From IMG/VR virus record IMGVR_UViG_3300030613_000008, positions 29,508 to 93,507 of that record: a DNA stretch of 64,000 bases. One strand, written 5' to 3'. A program made the position numbers and the translations under genes. This document shows positions 30,738 through 40,202 of this stretch, in pieces. This stretch comes from a virus. Its lineage: Duplodnaviria > Caudoviricetes. Positions within the stretch are counted from its first letter, which is position 1; every line of letters begins with the position of its first letter. The notes under the pieces are model-generated. The model had not been told where the DNA came from. It saw only the letters and a program-made list of their open reading frames with translations, and made no database searches.

Positions 30738-31828
30738 CCTCTCAACGCGAACCGTTCACCTGTCTCTACCGGGGCATCTGGAACGATGACAAGTTTTGGC
30801 TGCGCTCGGAACTCGGGCAGCGGGTTTACCTCTACGTCCTGTCCACTCCTCTCGGTAACGGGCTTGGCTGTTTCAAGGCCGGGATGGCGGCGATGGCCGA
30901 GGACCTTCGAATGTTGCCGTCAAGGTTCGCCGAAGGTTTCGGGGAAGGTTTCGATGAACGTTACGGGGAACCTTTGTTCGACTATGACGAAGGGGCTCGG
31001 GTGGTTTTCATCCCGAAGTATTTAGAACGCAACCCCCCGAGCAACCCGAACGGAATCCGGGCACTCGCCAAGGCGTTCGTTTCCATACCGGACTGCAAAC
31101 TGAAACTCGATTGCTATCAAACGGTTAAGGCGTTTGTTGAGAGGAAAAACCCAACAACAGAGGGAGGGGGAAAAACGTTCGCGCAAGCATTCGCCGAATC
31201 ATTCGCTAAACCTTCGCCGAACCATACCGCCAACGTTGACCGAACCATGCCGTTATGGTTCGAGGACTCACCAGGAATAAATACCGTTCCCGTTCCCCCT
31301 TCCGTTCCCTTGGCCGTTCCCGATACCTATACCGGGAGTGCGTGCCGCACTCCTCACGCGCCCGCGCGCCTTGAAATTGAAGATCCAAGAGGAAACGAAA
31401 ACGAGTGGGACTGGAAAGCGTTACCACCCGAACTGATAGAACAGCTTTCAATTTTGAACGGCGGGAAGAAAGACAGACACGTCGCGGCGGTTCGACTCCT
31501 CTGGTACTGGCCCGACCTTGGAGCGCAGGAAGCACAGGAACTCGCCGTCCAAACGTGCGGGCTGTACATCGACAAGGGGTTGGACATTCGAGAAGCGCTC
31601 GCGACAGCGGCCACGGACCGGCGGCGCAAGGACGGGCTACAGGGATTTGGTCGCTTCCTGTCTCGCTGGCTCGGCATCGAGTTGGACCGACAGCACAAGG
31701 CAAACCGAGCGGCAGGCGGACCCGGCATCGTCGAACCTCCGAAGAAACAAGCGGCGTGGGAAATCGAAGCGACCCGGATTCAAAAACTGTGGGATGAAAA
31801 ACATGGCAAAGAACCCGCAGCCGGTTGA
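30734..31828 (+). CDS. Phage replication initiator / replisome organiser
   Basis: IWNDDKF...VYLYVLS...GCF...MAEDL domain; directly upstream of DnaB. Confidence 0.7.
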   Translation: MTSQREPFTCLYRGIWNDDKFWLRSELGQRVYLYVLSTPLGNGLGCFKAGMAAMAEDLRMLPSRFAEGFGEGFDERYGEPLFDYDEGARVVFIPKYLERNPPSNPNGIRALAKAFVSIPDCKLKLDCYQTVKAFVERKNPTTEGGGKTFAQAFAESFAKPSPNHTANVDRTMPLWFEDSPGINTVPVPPSVPLAVPDTYTGSACRTPHAPARLEIEDPRGNENEWDWKALPPELIEQLSILNGGKKDRHVAAVRLLWYWPDLGAQEAQELAVQTCGLYIDKGLDIREALATAATDRRRKDGLQGFGRFLSRWLGIELDRQHKANRAAGGPGIVEPPKKQAAWEIEATRIQKLWDEKHGKEPAAG

Positions 31829-33209
31829 TGGCGGGCGCGTCCCGCCGCACAACCTGGAAGCCGAAGCGGCCGTGCTCGGGGCGGTGCTTCTCAACAACGC
31901 GGCCTTCCACGTGGCGGCCCCGCGTATCACGTCGGCAGACTTCTACGCCTGGAAGCACCGCTACATCTGGGATGCCATGCTCCGGCTGTCCAAGTTGGGC
32001 GAACCGATTGACGCCGTGACGGTCGGCAACGACCTGATACAAGCGGGGAACCTGGAGAAGTGCGGCGGTACCCTGGCTCTCGACGGACTGATAGAAGAGG
32101 TGGCGACCGTCGCAAACGTCGCGCACTACGCAACTATCATCGCGCGCAAGGCGGCACTCCGGCGAGTCATCTACGCGGCGCAGACCATCGTGGCGGAAGC
32201 GTTCGCGAACGGTGGTGAGGACGAAACCGTTGAGGAGTTTTTAGCGCAGTCGCGCGCTGACTTCACGGCCGCGTCCCTGTCCCTGGCTTCCACGGGCAGC
32301 GTATGCCAGTCGGCGAGTCAAGGAATGCACGACCTATTCAACGCCTTGGAGGCGGGTAAGCCCATCGTCGAGACGTTGCCAATAGGGTTCGGCGGGGTGC
32401 GGATTCCGAGGGGCACGCCAACGGTCATCGGCGGTAGACCCTCAAACGGAAAGAGTGTTTGCGCCATGACGGCAGCTCGGAACCTAGCGACGCAAGGGCG
32501 GAGCGGCATTTACTTCTCGCTTGAGGAGACATCGCGGGTTCAGTGGGCGCGGCTTGCGTGCCAGATGTCGGGCATCGCGGCCAAACGAATCATCGAATGC
32601 GACGTGCGAGGCAACGAATTCAAGGTGCTCTCGGACGCGGCGAGCGAGGCGGCCCGGTTCAACCTCTACCTGTGTGACCGAACGGGCGTCGACTCCATGT
32701 TCGTCCGGCAAGAAGCGGCGGCGCACAAGGAAAGGCACGGCCTGGATTTTGTGGTCGTCGATTACATCCAACTCATCCGCGAGAAGGAGCGATCGGGGCA
32801 GGCGCGACACGAGCGGTTCGCAGAAGCCATGCAAGGGCTTGTGGACCTCGCGCGAGAACTGGACATCGCGGTTATCGTCGTTTCGCAGATTCGGCGGAGT
32901 GAATTCAACCCCAGCAAAGAACCGCCACCGCCGAGCATCGAACAACTGAAAGAGTCGGGCGAAATCGAGCAAGCGGCGAAACTCATTCTGCTTTTGCACT
33001 ACCCCTACTTCTACACAAAGAGCATCGAGGGGGCGGAGCAGAAGCCGAACGCCTTGCGGATGGACATCGCGAAGGACAGCATCGGAGAAGGCGGGGTGCG
33101 GATGCTTCACGCCGTCATGCCTCGCCTGTGGGTGGGAGACGTGGAGACCGTATTCGAGCCGGGGCAACCGGGCGAGACGTATCGAGAGAATAGGCCGGGG
33201 GAGTATTGA
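31803..33209 (+). CDS. dnaB: Replicative DNA helicase
   Basis: PPHNLEAEAAVLGAVLL, GGRPSNGKS, YFSLE, VVVDYIQL, SQIRR, LKESGEIEQAA. Confidence 0.95.
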   Translation: MAKNPQPVDGGRVPPHNLEAEAAVLGAVLLNNAAFHVAAPRITSADFYAWKHRYIWDAMLRLSKLGEPIDAVTVGNDLIQAGNLEKCGGTLALDGLIEEVATVANVAHYATIIARKAALRRVIYAAQTIVAEAFANGGEDETVEEFLAQSRADFTAASLSLASTGSVCQSASQGMHDLFNALEAGKPIVETLPIGFGGVRIPRGTPTVIGGRPSNGKSVCAMTAARNLATQGRSGIYFSLEETSRVQWARLACQMSGIAAKRIIECDVRGNEFKVLSDAASEAARFNLYLCDRTGVDSMFVRQEAAAHKERHGLDFVVVDYIQLIREKERSGQARHERFAEAMQGLVDLARELDIAVIVVSQIRRSEFNPSKEPPPPSIEQLKESGEIEQAAKLILLLHYPYFYTKSIEGAEQKPNALRMDIAKDSIGEGGVRMLHAVMPRLWVGDVETVFEPGQPGETYRENRPGEY

Positions 33210-33259
33210 GGTCGCGGGACTGACATACCCGAGGCTCCCGTGGTAGAATCTGGCGAAAG

Positions 33260-34060
33260 GTGCAACGGATGACGAACACTTGTATCATGGTCGGCGGTTC
33301 CCCGGTGGACATCGGCATCCCTGTTATTCGGTGGACCGACCCCGGCGGGTTCGACGGCTACACGACCAAGGCCGTGACCGTAGAGGACCGCAAGACGGGG
33401 AAGGACCGGACCATCAAGGGACCGCGCTACAGCGCCCGCAAGGCGGGGCTGGCCTCGGTGTCGCAGTTGTTCGTGCATCACTCGGGGGGGGACGGGAAGA
33501 ACCCCTCCGGCATGTACCAGACGCTTTGGATGGACCGTGGGCTATCGGTCCAGTTCGCCATCGAGGACGACGGCCGGGTGTACCAGTTTCTTGACGCGGT
33601 GGAATGCGCTTGGCACGCGGGGGCTCATAACGGGATTTCGGTGGGCGCGGAGTTGTGCCTGTTCCCGGACGCGGCGGCTGACCCGGACTACTACAGCCCG
33701 GCGAATTGCAAGCGGCGGAACAACCTACCACATGCCACCCGGTACGAGACGTTACAGGGCTCGCCACGCAAGGTGTACGTCATGCCGGACGTCCAGGTTG
33801 ACGCCTGCGCTCGGGTCATGGCGGGCGTGTGGGCAGCCGTGACGAAGGCGCGGGGCGAGACGACCACGGCCCCGATGTTCCCGCGCGTCGGCGGGGTGAT
33901 TCCGCGAGAGGTCATCACGAACTCGAAAGAGCACGTCGGGATGATAGGGCATCTGCACGCGACAACGAAGAAGTTCGATCCTGCCGGATGCGACATGGAA
34001 GGAATGGAGCGCCTTTGCGGCTTGTACGCAGCGGCGTTTCGCACAGCGCTAGGAGGTTAG
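33260..34060 (+). CDS. N-acetylmuramoyl-L-alanine amidase (endolysin)
   Basis: FVHHS, LSVQFAIEDDGRVYQ, AWHAG.HN..SVGAE, IGH, KFDP; upstream CTGACA/TGGTAGAAT promoter. Confidence 0.9.
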   Translation: MQRMTNTCIMVGGSPVDIGIPVIRWTDPGGFDGYTTKAVTVEDRKTGKDRTIKGPRYSARKAGLASVSQLFVHHSGGDGKNPSGMYQTLWMDRGLSVQFAIEDDGRVYQFLDAVECAWHAGAHNGISVGAELCLFPDAAADPDYYSPANCKRRNNLPHATRYETLQGSPRKVYVMPDVQVDACARVMAGVWAAVTKARGETTTAPMFPRVGGVIPREVITNSKEHVGMIGHLHATTKKFDPAGCDMEGMERLCGLYAAAFRTALGG

Positions 34061-34062
34061 TT

Positions 34063-34902
34063 TTGCTTGACGAATACTTGAAGCAAAAGAAACAGGCGGA
34101 GCACGAACGGCGCGTCAAGCGCGAGAAGCGCGAGATGCTGATAATGGGGGTGGTGTTGGTTGTGGCGGCCATCGTCGCGGCGTGTCTGTTCTACGCCTCG
34201 CGAGCGGACGCGTCGGCTGAAACAGAGTTGACCCACAAGGGGAAGGCTTGGGTAGTGAAAGCAGGGCGCGCATTCGCGGCAATTACGCGGCGCGAATCTC
34301 CGAAACAGTGGTACGACTGCGGCGAGTTGACGCCGACCGATCAGTGGAATGCTCGCGGGGAGCGCATCGCAGAAGCCGCCTTGCTTGCGATGAAGCGGAA
34401 CAGCCTGCACGTTGACCCCATGGGCCTTCTCGCGGTCGCCTGGAATGAGAGTCGCGGAAACGCTTGCTCCATCGGCCCTCGCACCCGAGCGCGAGCCGAG
34501 AAGATGGGGCTCCTACCAGCCGGGAAGACGTGGCGAGAGTACACCCGAGCGGACGTGCTGGCCGTGCTCGACAACCCAAAGTGGAAGGAGCGCGGCAACG
34601 TGGCGGACGTTGGCGTCTGGCAAGACGTCTATCCGCCCTACGCGCGCATTCTCGACGACAGCGGCGACTTGACGTGCTTGCGTCCGAAGAACGTCCGCTG
34701 TCGCATCCCGCGCACGTCCGAGCTTGTGACCGTCGAGACGAGCGCCGAAGTGGGGGTTCACGGGATGCTTGTGCGCTACTTCCATTTTCGGACTCGCGAG
34801 CCGTGGTTGTACTGGCCCTGGACGATTCGGGACAGCTACAGCCGGGCGGTTAAGGCGACAATTAAGGCGCTGAATGACGAAATGAAAAAGGGGAAAGCAT
34901 GA
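34063..34902 (+). CDS. Membrane-anchored lytic transglycosylase-like protein
   Basis: N-terminal TM; LLAVAWNESRGN and DVGVWQ SLT-like motifs. Confidence 0.6.
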   Translation: MLDEYLKQKKQAEHERRVKREKREMLIMGVVLVVAAIVAACLFYASRADASAETELTHKGKAWVVKAGRAFAAITRRESPKQWYDCGELTPTDQWNARGERIAEAALLAMKRNSLHVDPMGLLAVAWNESRGNACSIGPRTRARAEKMGLLPAGKTWREYTRADVLAVLDNPKWKERGNVADVGVWQDVYPPYARILDDSGDLTCLRPKNVRCRIPRTSELVTVETSAEVGVHGMLVRYFHFRTREPWLYWPWTIRDSYSRAVKATIKALNDEMKKGKA

Positions 34903-35240
34903 GTGAGCAAATCGAAATCATCGTGTCCGAAGACCTGCCCTGGACGAACCGCAACGCGCCCCACCCCGGACACCGGGAGATTGAGCGCATCGTGGCGGTG
35001 TGTGAGGACAACCCGCGCGGAAACCATCCGAAGCGAGTCGTTGCCGCCAAGGTTGCGCTCGACAAGTGGATTGCCGAGAACGGCGGTCGCGTGCGGTCGC
35101 TGAACCCGACGAAGAACGACGACGGGTCGCCCGGCTTCCTCGCTGTCGTCGAGGGGTACAAGCCGCTACCGAGGCAGCGGCCGGTGGCGAGGGCCGGGGT
35201 GCATGCGCCAGCGCCGAACCGGCTGGTCAAGGGCAGGTAG
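34899..35240 (+). CDS. Hypothetical protein
   Basis: ATGA-coupled ORF. Confidence 0.5.
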   Translation: MSEQIEIIVSEDLPWTNRNAPHPGHREIERIVAVCEDNPRGNHPKRVVAAKVALDKWIAENGGRVRSLNPTKNDDGSPGFLAVVEGYKPLPRQRPVARAGVHAPAPNRLVKGR

Positions 35241-35243
35241 CCC

Positions 35244-35678
35244 GTGGCAACCGACCCCAACCGCCTCGCCCTGCTACGTCGCCTGTGCGACCTCGTGGGT
35301 GACCCAGAAGCTCCCTACGCCCACTCCATCCACGCGGAGCCGGGGCAGGTCTACGCGAGCAACGGGCCGCCCTTCCCGCCGCTCACGGTAATCGATTCGA
35401 CAACGACGCCCATCAAAGAGTTGATGTACCACCGGCAGACGGTGGCCGTAGAAATCCACCCCGGCGAGGAGCCCGAGCGCATCTCGGTCAACCGCATGGT
35501 CGGCGTGCTAGAGGACGGTCGAGAGGTGTGCATGGGCGAGGTGTGGGCGCTCCCGGACGTCATGTTGACGGCGGCCGAGCGCGGGCCGGTGAAGTGCGCG
35601 GCGTGCGGGATACTGGTCAGGGAGCTCCCCGTGTTCGATGACGCGGGGCTGGCCTACCACAAGGGGTGCGTGGGATGA
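35244..35678 (+). CDS. Hypothetical protein with C-terminal Zn finger
   Basis: CAACG...YHKGC. Confidence 0.5.
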   Translation: MATDPNRLALLRRLCDLVGDPEAPYAHSIHAEPGQVYASNGPPFPPLTVIDSTTTPIKELMYHRQTVAVEIHPGEEPERISVNRMVGVLEDGREVCMGEVWALPDVMLTAAERGPVKCAACGILVRELPVFDDAGLAYHKGCVG

Positions 35679-36025
35679 CGACCAAAGCGGACATCATCGC
35701 GGCGGTGCAAGCGGCGGCGGACGCCTACTACGTCGCCGACCCTGTGACGGGCGCGTCGGTAAAGCTCGGGCTCGGGTCCACCGGAACGGTCGTGACGATC
35801 GCGGGGCAGAAGTTCGACAGCGGCGCGGCGTGGGGGCCGGAGCCCGCCGCCATCCCGTGCCAGGTGGAAGGGCTCGCGGACTATCTGGACGCGGCGGGGC
35901 TCGGGAATATGACCGCGTTTCACGACAAGATTAACGAGCTTGTGGCGGCTCACGGACAGCTTGTCGCCGACTACAACGGCGGTATCGTCCCGACCACGGC
36001 CCTCCCTGTTTTGCCCCTCCCGTAG
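35675..36025 (+). CDS. Hypothetical protein
   Basis: ATGA-coupled ORF. Confidence 0.55.
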   Translation: MTTKADIIAAVQAAADAYYVADPVTGASVKLGLGSTGTVVTIAGQKFDSGAAWGPEPAAIPCQVEGLADYLDAAGLGNMTAFHDKINELVAAHGQLVADYNGGIVPTTALPVLPLP

Positions 36026-36103
36026 CGTCCCGACCAGCAACGGCGCGGGTTTGCGGGGCTGAAAAAAAACGACATAGGCCGTGTCGATTTTGCTGTTTCC
36101 GCC

Positions 36104-36137
36104 TTGACAGGCGCAAGGCGAGGCGCTATATATAGAG
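36104..36137 (+). promoter_or_regulatory. Strong sigma70-like promoter, copy 1
   Basis: TTGACA-17 nt-TATATA; shares AGGCGCTATATATAGAG with 49969. Confidence 0.8.
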
Positions 36138-36165
36138 CATGGGCAGCGAGAAAAAGGAGACGCAA

Positions 36166-36381
36166 ATGAAGATTCAGATTTGGAGTGGCGAGGGGGACGG
36201 ACCGGGAACGTGCGAGACGTACACGGCCGAAGAGTCGCACACCATGACGTGGCGCAAGTTGACCGCGCGTCTGACCCGCGAGCGCTGTGGTGGCGACCGA
36301 TGGGCCAAGGCGACGTGGGAGGACGGAGAGCCGGTTGTGCCGTCGCAGTTGGACCAGCGCCGCAGGTACGGTAGCAGGTAG
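36166..36381 (+). CDS. Small early protein
   Basis: AAAAAGGAGA RBS. Confidence 0.65.
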   Translation: MKIQIWSGEGDGPGTCETYTAEESHTMTWRKLTARLTRERCGGDRWAKATWEDGEPVVPSQLDQRRRYGSR

Positions 36382-36405
36382 TCCGAACGAAAAAGGAGAA
36401 TCACG

Positions 36406-36627
36406 ATGACCAAGCAACTGTCACACTACATTGTCGGGCGCACGGTGCGCGTGTTCACTGACCCACTCACGCGGAAGGACGAAGAGGGGACCGGAACGGT
36501 GAAGAAGATACTGCAAACGCCGGAGCAGACGGGCGTCACGGGGCAGTATTACGTCGAGGTGACATTCGGCGGCGAGCGCGCCCGATACGGTCGGTTCGTC
36601 AACGTCGGCGACGTGTTCGGGGTCTGA
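36406..36627 (+). CDS. Small SH3-like early protein
   Basis: AAAAAGGAGA RBS; VGRTVRV..GTGTV..YYVEVTF. Confidence 0.65.
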   Translation: MTKQLSHYIVGRTVRVFTDPLTRKDEEGTGTVKKILQTPEQTGVTGQYYVEVTFGGERARYGRFVNVGDVFGV

Positions 36628-36636
36628 GCACAACCC

Positions 36637-36680
36637 TCCCCGCCAGCCGCAGCCGGGTGCGAGCCCCGACCGGGGAGCCA
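36637..36680 (+). ncRNA. tRNA-like minihelix (acceptor-like stem, T-arm, GCCA)
   Basis: TCCCCG/CGGGGA stem, CGGG-TGCGAGC-CCCG arm, ends GCCA; no D or anticodon arm. Confidence 0.35.
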
Positions 36681-36706
36681 GTGACCGAACGAAAAAGGAG
36701 AACCCC

Positions 36707-37174
36707 ATGAGCAACAACATGAGCGCGGTTGAGATGCTGGCGACCTCGAAAGCGGTCGCGGAAAAGAACGTGAAGGCGGCGCGGTCGGCAATGGACCCCG
36801 GCACCTATCCGGTTGACGTGACGGTTCGCCTGTCGGGCGCGGTCACGGTCGGCGAGGATACGGACAAGGCTTCGACGTCCAGTCTCGTCTCCGAAGCGTT
36901 CCTGATTTTGGCCCTCAAGATGAGCGGTTGCACCCGCGAGCGGTCCATCCAAATCATCGAGGGGCTGGCGAGCGAGTTCGTCGGCAGCGCGGACAGGGAC
37001 GCGGCGAAGGCGGCTCGGGATGCGGCGGTCGCGGAGTTCGACGCGGACGGCGCGATGCGCGCGTTGTTCACCGGGCTCAAGGCGAGAATGCCCCGCACGC
37101 CGGTCAGCGGCGCGGTCAAGTTCGTGGGCGAGGTGGAAGTCATCGCAGCCGCGAGCGCCGAGAAGGCTGCGTAG
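36707..37174 (+). CDS. Hypothetical early protein
   Basis: AAAAAGGAGA RBS. Confidence 0.65.
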   Translation: MSNNMSAVEMLATSKAVAEKNVKAARSAMDPGTYPVDVTVRLSGAVTVGEDTDKASTSSLVSEAFLILALKMSGCTRERSIQIIEGLASEFVGSADRDAAKAARDAAVAEFDADGAMRALFTGLKARMPRTPVSGAVKFVGEVEVIAAASAEKAA

Positions 37175-37186
37175 TCTCCATCCCGT

Positions 37187-37215
37187 TTGACAAATCCAAC
37201 CGTCGGCCGTACATT
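37187..37215 (+). promoter_or_regulatory. Sigma70-like promoter
   Basis: TTGACA-17 nt-TACATT. Confidence 0.7.
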
Positions 37216-37223
37216 GCAATCAT

Positions 37224-37320
37224 GCTTCGCGCCTCCCAAGAAGCTCCCGACGGGCCACACGAGAGTCCCCCCACTCCCGTTGTCCACCTCACGTCGAGGG
37301 CTTCTTAGGGGGCGTGAGGC
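37224..37320 (+). ncRNA. Long leader hairpin carrying anti-GAGGTGGAC sequence
   Basis: 29-bp stem 37224-37252/37292-37320 with 4 G-U and 2 C-A; loop contains GTTGTCCACCTCA. Confidence 0.65.
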
Positions 37321-37333
37321 CGCAAGGGGATTC

Positions 37334-37876
37334 ATGCCGCACCGCTCTAAAGCCTTCCTCGCCTTCGTCCACACCGCGCGTCGTGACGGCCTGTGCGTGG
37401 CGTGCGAGTCGCGGACGTGGAGCCAACTTCACCATTTTGGATCCGATGGCGGCGCGGGGCTCAAGCCGTCGGACTATCTGGTTGTGCGGTTGTGCCGGGA
37501 GTGTCACGCGGATTCGGTCTCCGGACGAAAAATTCTGGCAATGCGCCGAGATGGGTTCGACCAGATGGCGGCCGACTATCTCGCCGACGCGGCGGACTCC
37601 CTGTCCCTGTGGTCCGCGCACCTCGAAAGCCGCCTTGCCGAATCCGAGGCGAACGGATGCGCTCGTGACGAGCTGGTCACGTGGCTCATGGATTACGACG
37701 CAACCGACCTGGCAGGCGCGGAGGCGTGGCTTCTCGCGTGGGCGCACCGTCGGCACGCGAACGCGCTAGAAGGGTTCTGCGAGGCGTTGGGGGAGGTTGT
37801 GAAGGCGGACAGTCTGGAAGGCGCGCGGTTCACCGCGGACCGGGCGCTAAAGGCGTGGCTTCCCGGTCAAACTTGA
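37334..37876 (+). CDS. DUF968/NinG-like His-Cys nuclease-fold protein
   Basis: RSKAFLAFV..CVAC..HH..GAGLKPSD..VRLCRECH. Confidence 0.7.
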   Translation: MPHRSKAFLAFVHTARRDGLCVACESRTWSQLHHFGSDGGAGLKPSDYLVVRLCRECHADSVSGRKILAMRRDGFDQMAADYLADAADSLSLWSAHLESRLAESEANGCARDELVTWLMDYDATDLAGAEAWLLAWAHRRHANALEGFCEALGEVVKADSLEGARFTADRALKAWLPGQT

Positions 37877-37907
37877 AAATCATTTCCGATTCTGATACTC
37901 ATTGAAA

Positions 37908-38354
37908 ATGGAGCGCGAATTCAGGCCCGTGGACGTGCGTCAACTGCTTCTGTCCATCCTACGTGCCGACGCGACTCCTCCGAAAATCCGACCGGGTCAC
38001 GTAGCGACGTGTGAGGGGATCACCGTGGCCCGGCGGTCCCTAACTGGTAAGCTATCCCTGAGATGCTTTCGCGCGGCGCACGGGACGGCACCTCAATACG
38101 CCTCGATACAGACTGCGCTCTGCAAGCTCGTGGGGGGATTCCCGACGTGCACGACGTGTGGCGGGACGGGGTGGCTGGCTGTCGACGGCAAGGAAGCGCG
38201 GGAGGCGGCCTTGAAGTCGCTGGCGTTCGGCGCTTTCCGGGGGATACGGTTCGAGGCGCTGTCATCGGCCGATGAACTCCTCAAGCAGTCGAGTATGATG
38301 GACCTCATATCAGGCGGGGCGAACTGTGGGCAGAACCAAGCTAAACCCCGCTGA
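37908..38354 (+). CDS. Hypothetical protein with CxxCxGxG motif
   Basis: CTTCGGTG. Confidence 0.45.
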   Translation: MEREFRPVDVRQLLLSILRADATPPKIRPGHVATCEGITVARRSLTGKLSLRCFRAAHGTAPQYASIQTALCKLVGGFPTCTTCGGTGWLAVDGKEAREAALKSLAFGAFRGIRFEALSSADELLKQSSMMDLISGGANCGQNQAKPR

Positions 38355-38949
38355 TAGACGCGCGGCGATACGAGCCCGCCAGGTTGCCTTGTTTAAGGCC
38401 ATTTGCTCCATCGTGCGAGAGGAGCGCCAGCCGCCAACGATGCTCATGCTCAAGGCGCGCACGGGCTACGGCAAGTGCATCGTCATAGCCGACCTCGCGG
38501 TGCTGATACGGCGCGGCACGGTCAAGCGAATCACGAACCTCTACGGCAAGGGGAGCCCCGGCTATTCGTGGGTGCCCACCTCGCGACGTCTCGCGCACGG
38601 TATCGGATTTTGCTCAACCGAGGGGTGCGACGCGGACCCGGAGCTTGTCGTGGCCGGGCACGCGCTCTGCGCTCAATGCTCTCGTGGCCCGGTGGACGCG
38701 GCGCACGGCGGCGGGCAGTTCCGCAGCGAGGAAGACGAGGACCGCACGGGGAGGGAGATGGTCGCGTCGAACTACAACGCCTCGTGCTACGCGGGCGGGT
38801 GGGAGCCAGCGGACGGCGAGAAGGAGCCGCGAGCGGTCCCGTTCCCGAGGATGGGCACCTCACTGTACAAGCGCAAGGTTCCAGCCCGCATCCCTGGCCT
38901 GTCGCTCCCCACGATGACCCCGTCCGAGGTTGAGGCCGAATTCGGGTAG
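38326..38949 (+). CDS. Winged-HTH (LexA-N-like) plus Zn-finger protein
   Basis: REERQPPTM..L..RTGY; CSTEGC...LCAQC. Confidence 0.5.
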   Translation: MGRTKLNPADRRAAIRARQVALFKAICSIVREERQPPTMLMLKARTGYGKCIVIADLAVLIRRGTVKRITNLYGKGSPGYSWVPTSRRLAHGIGFCSTEGCDADPELVVAGHALCAQCSRGPVDAAHGGGQFRSEEDEDRTGREMVASNYNASCYAGGWEPADGEKEPRAVPFPRMGTSLYKRKVPARIPGLSLPTMTPSEVEAEFG

Positions 38950-38984
38950 TTCGCGGGTGTGCTTACAAAACGTAACAACAAAAC

Positions 38985-39038
38985 TTGACACCGTGAAACG
39001 CTTGTGCTACCTATATCTCAGGCAGCGGGGAAACCCGC
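38985..39038 (+). promoter_or_regulatory. Promoter and 5' GAAA-tetraloop hairpin
   Basis: TTGACA-17 nt-TACCTA; GCGGG-GAAA-CCCGC. Confidence 0.55.
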
Positions 39039-39056
39039 ACAACGAGGAGGAGCAAG

Positions 39057-39257
39057 GTGGGCACGGTAGCGGTAGCGGTTGACACGCGGCGGGTCACGGC
39101 GTTGAGGGCCGTGCCAAGCGGCGAAGTCGAGAGGTTGCGGTTGCACGTAGAGCGACAGGCGGCGGTTATCCGGCGTCAAGAGCAGCGCATCGCGGACCTC
39201 ATCGACTTGGCCGAGCGCCAGCGTGTCGAACTGGACCGAGTGAAGGCGCGCGACTAG
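39057..39257 (+). CDS. Small coiled-coil protein
   Basis: RBS GAGGAGG. Confidence 0.55.
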   Translation: MGTVAVAVDTRRVTALRAVPSGEVERLRLHVERQAAVIRRQEQRIADLIDLAERQRVELDRVKARD

Positions 39258-39372
39258 CGATGGTTGCGCTGTACCTTCTCGCGGCGCTCGCCGCCGTGGT
39301 GCTATTGCTCGCCCTTGCGGACCTCGTGAGGAACGTTCGGAAACCTAGCAGCCTTGGGGATGGGAGGCGTTC

Positions 39373-39606
39373 GTGGCAAAGAGCAAAGTCAAGTTTTCGT
39401 GTCCGAAGTGTGGCGGCCCGCTCGTAGTCGAGCATCGGCACGGCGTTGTTGAGAGCGGCATGTCGGGGTGCCCCACGGTGTTCGCGTCGCAGGCCACGTG
39501 CCCCGCCTGTGGGCGCAAGGCGACGGCGCACCTATTCGGGCTCGGGCCGTCTCCGGTCGCGGCGCAAGCAGCGATGGAGAGGACGATTGAGGGGGCGAGA
39601 GTATGA
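39373..39606 (+). CDS. Small Zn-ribbon protein
   Basis: CPKCG, CPACG. Confidence 0.55.
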   Translation: MAKSKVKFSCPKCGGPLVVEHRHGVVESGMSGCPTVFASQATCPACGRKATAHLFGLGPSPVAAQAAMERTIEGARV

Positions 39607-39929
39607 ACGGGGAGACGTGCGCCAAGAGGGTCAGCAAGGGTGGACCTCGGTGGCATCGCGACTATGCCGACTGCGGCAAGCCCGCCAAGGGCATCGGCAA
39701 GGACGGCAAGCCGCTGTGCGGCATTCACCTTGCGGCGGAACGGAAGCGGGCGGAGACGGACGCGAAATACCAGGCGAAGTGGGACGGAGACAAAGCGTTC
39801 CGCGCCGAGGTCGCCGACTTCGCGAAGGCTCACGCACTCGGGTCACTTGCGGCACGGGACCACACGTACCGTTCGGTGTCGCTATCGTTGGACGAACTGG
39901 CGAAACTGGTCGAGAGGGCAGAGCGGTAG
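39603..39929 (+). CDS. Hypothetical protein
   Basis: ATGA-coupled; C..C..CGIH. Confidence 0.55.
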   Translation: MNGETCAKRVSKGGPRWHRDYADCGKPAKGIGKDGKPLCGIHLAAERKRAETDAKYQAKWDGDKAFRAEVADFAKAHALGSLAARDHTYRSVSLSLDELAKLVERAER

Positions 39930-39944
39930 CACTGAGGTGGACGC

Positions 39945-40202
39945 ATGATACGAAATCGAAAACTGAAAGTTTGGAACGGCCTAGTTTGGTTGAATCGAAA
40001 ACAGATTTCTTCTTCCATCTGTGCGTACTCTCAGAAGGACGCCGTGAACCTGCTAAACGAACTCGGATTCAGTTTCACACTCGGAGAGTTTCGAGACTAT
40101 TGGCCGCCGTGCTGGGGCAACTCCATGGACGGGATAGAGCCCGAGCGCGGGCTGTGGATTGAAATGGAGCGCGGCAAGCCGGAGCGATTCGTGCGCGCGT
40201 AA
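39945..40202 (+). CDS. Hypothetical protein flanked by a 12-bp direct repeat
   Basis: ACTGAGGTGGAC at 39931 and 40202. Confidence 0.6.
   Translation: MIRNRKLKVWNGLVWLNRKQISSSICAYSQKDAVNLLNELGFSFTLGEFRDYWPPCWGNSMDGIEPERGLWIEMERGKPERFVRA

Noticed and set aside
36637-36680. Bona fide tRNA gene
   Set aside because: No D arm or anticodon arm; kept only as a tRNA-like element.
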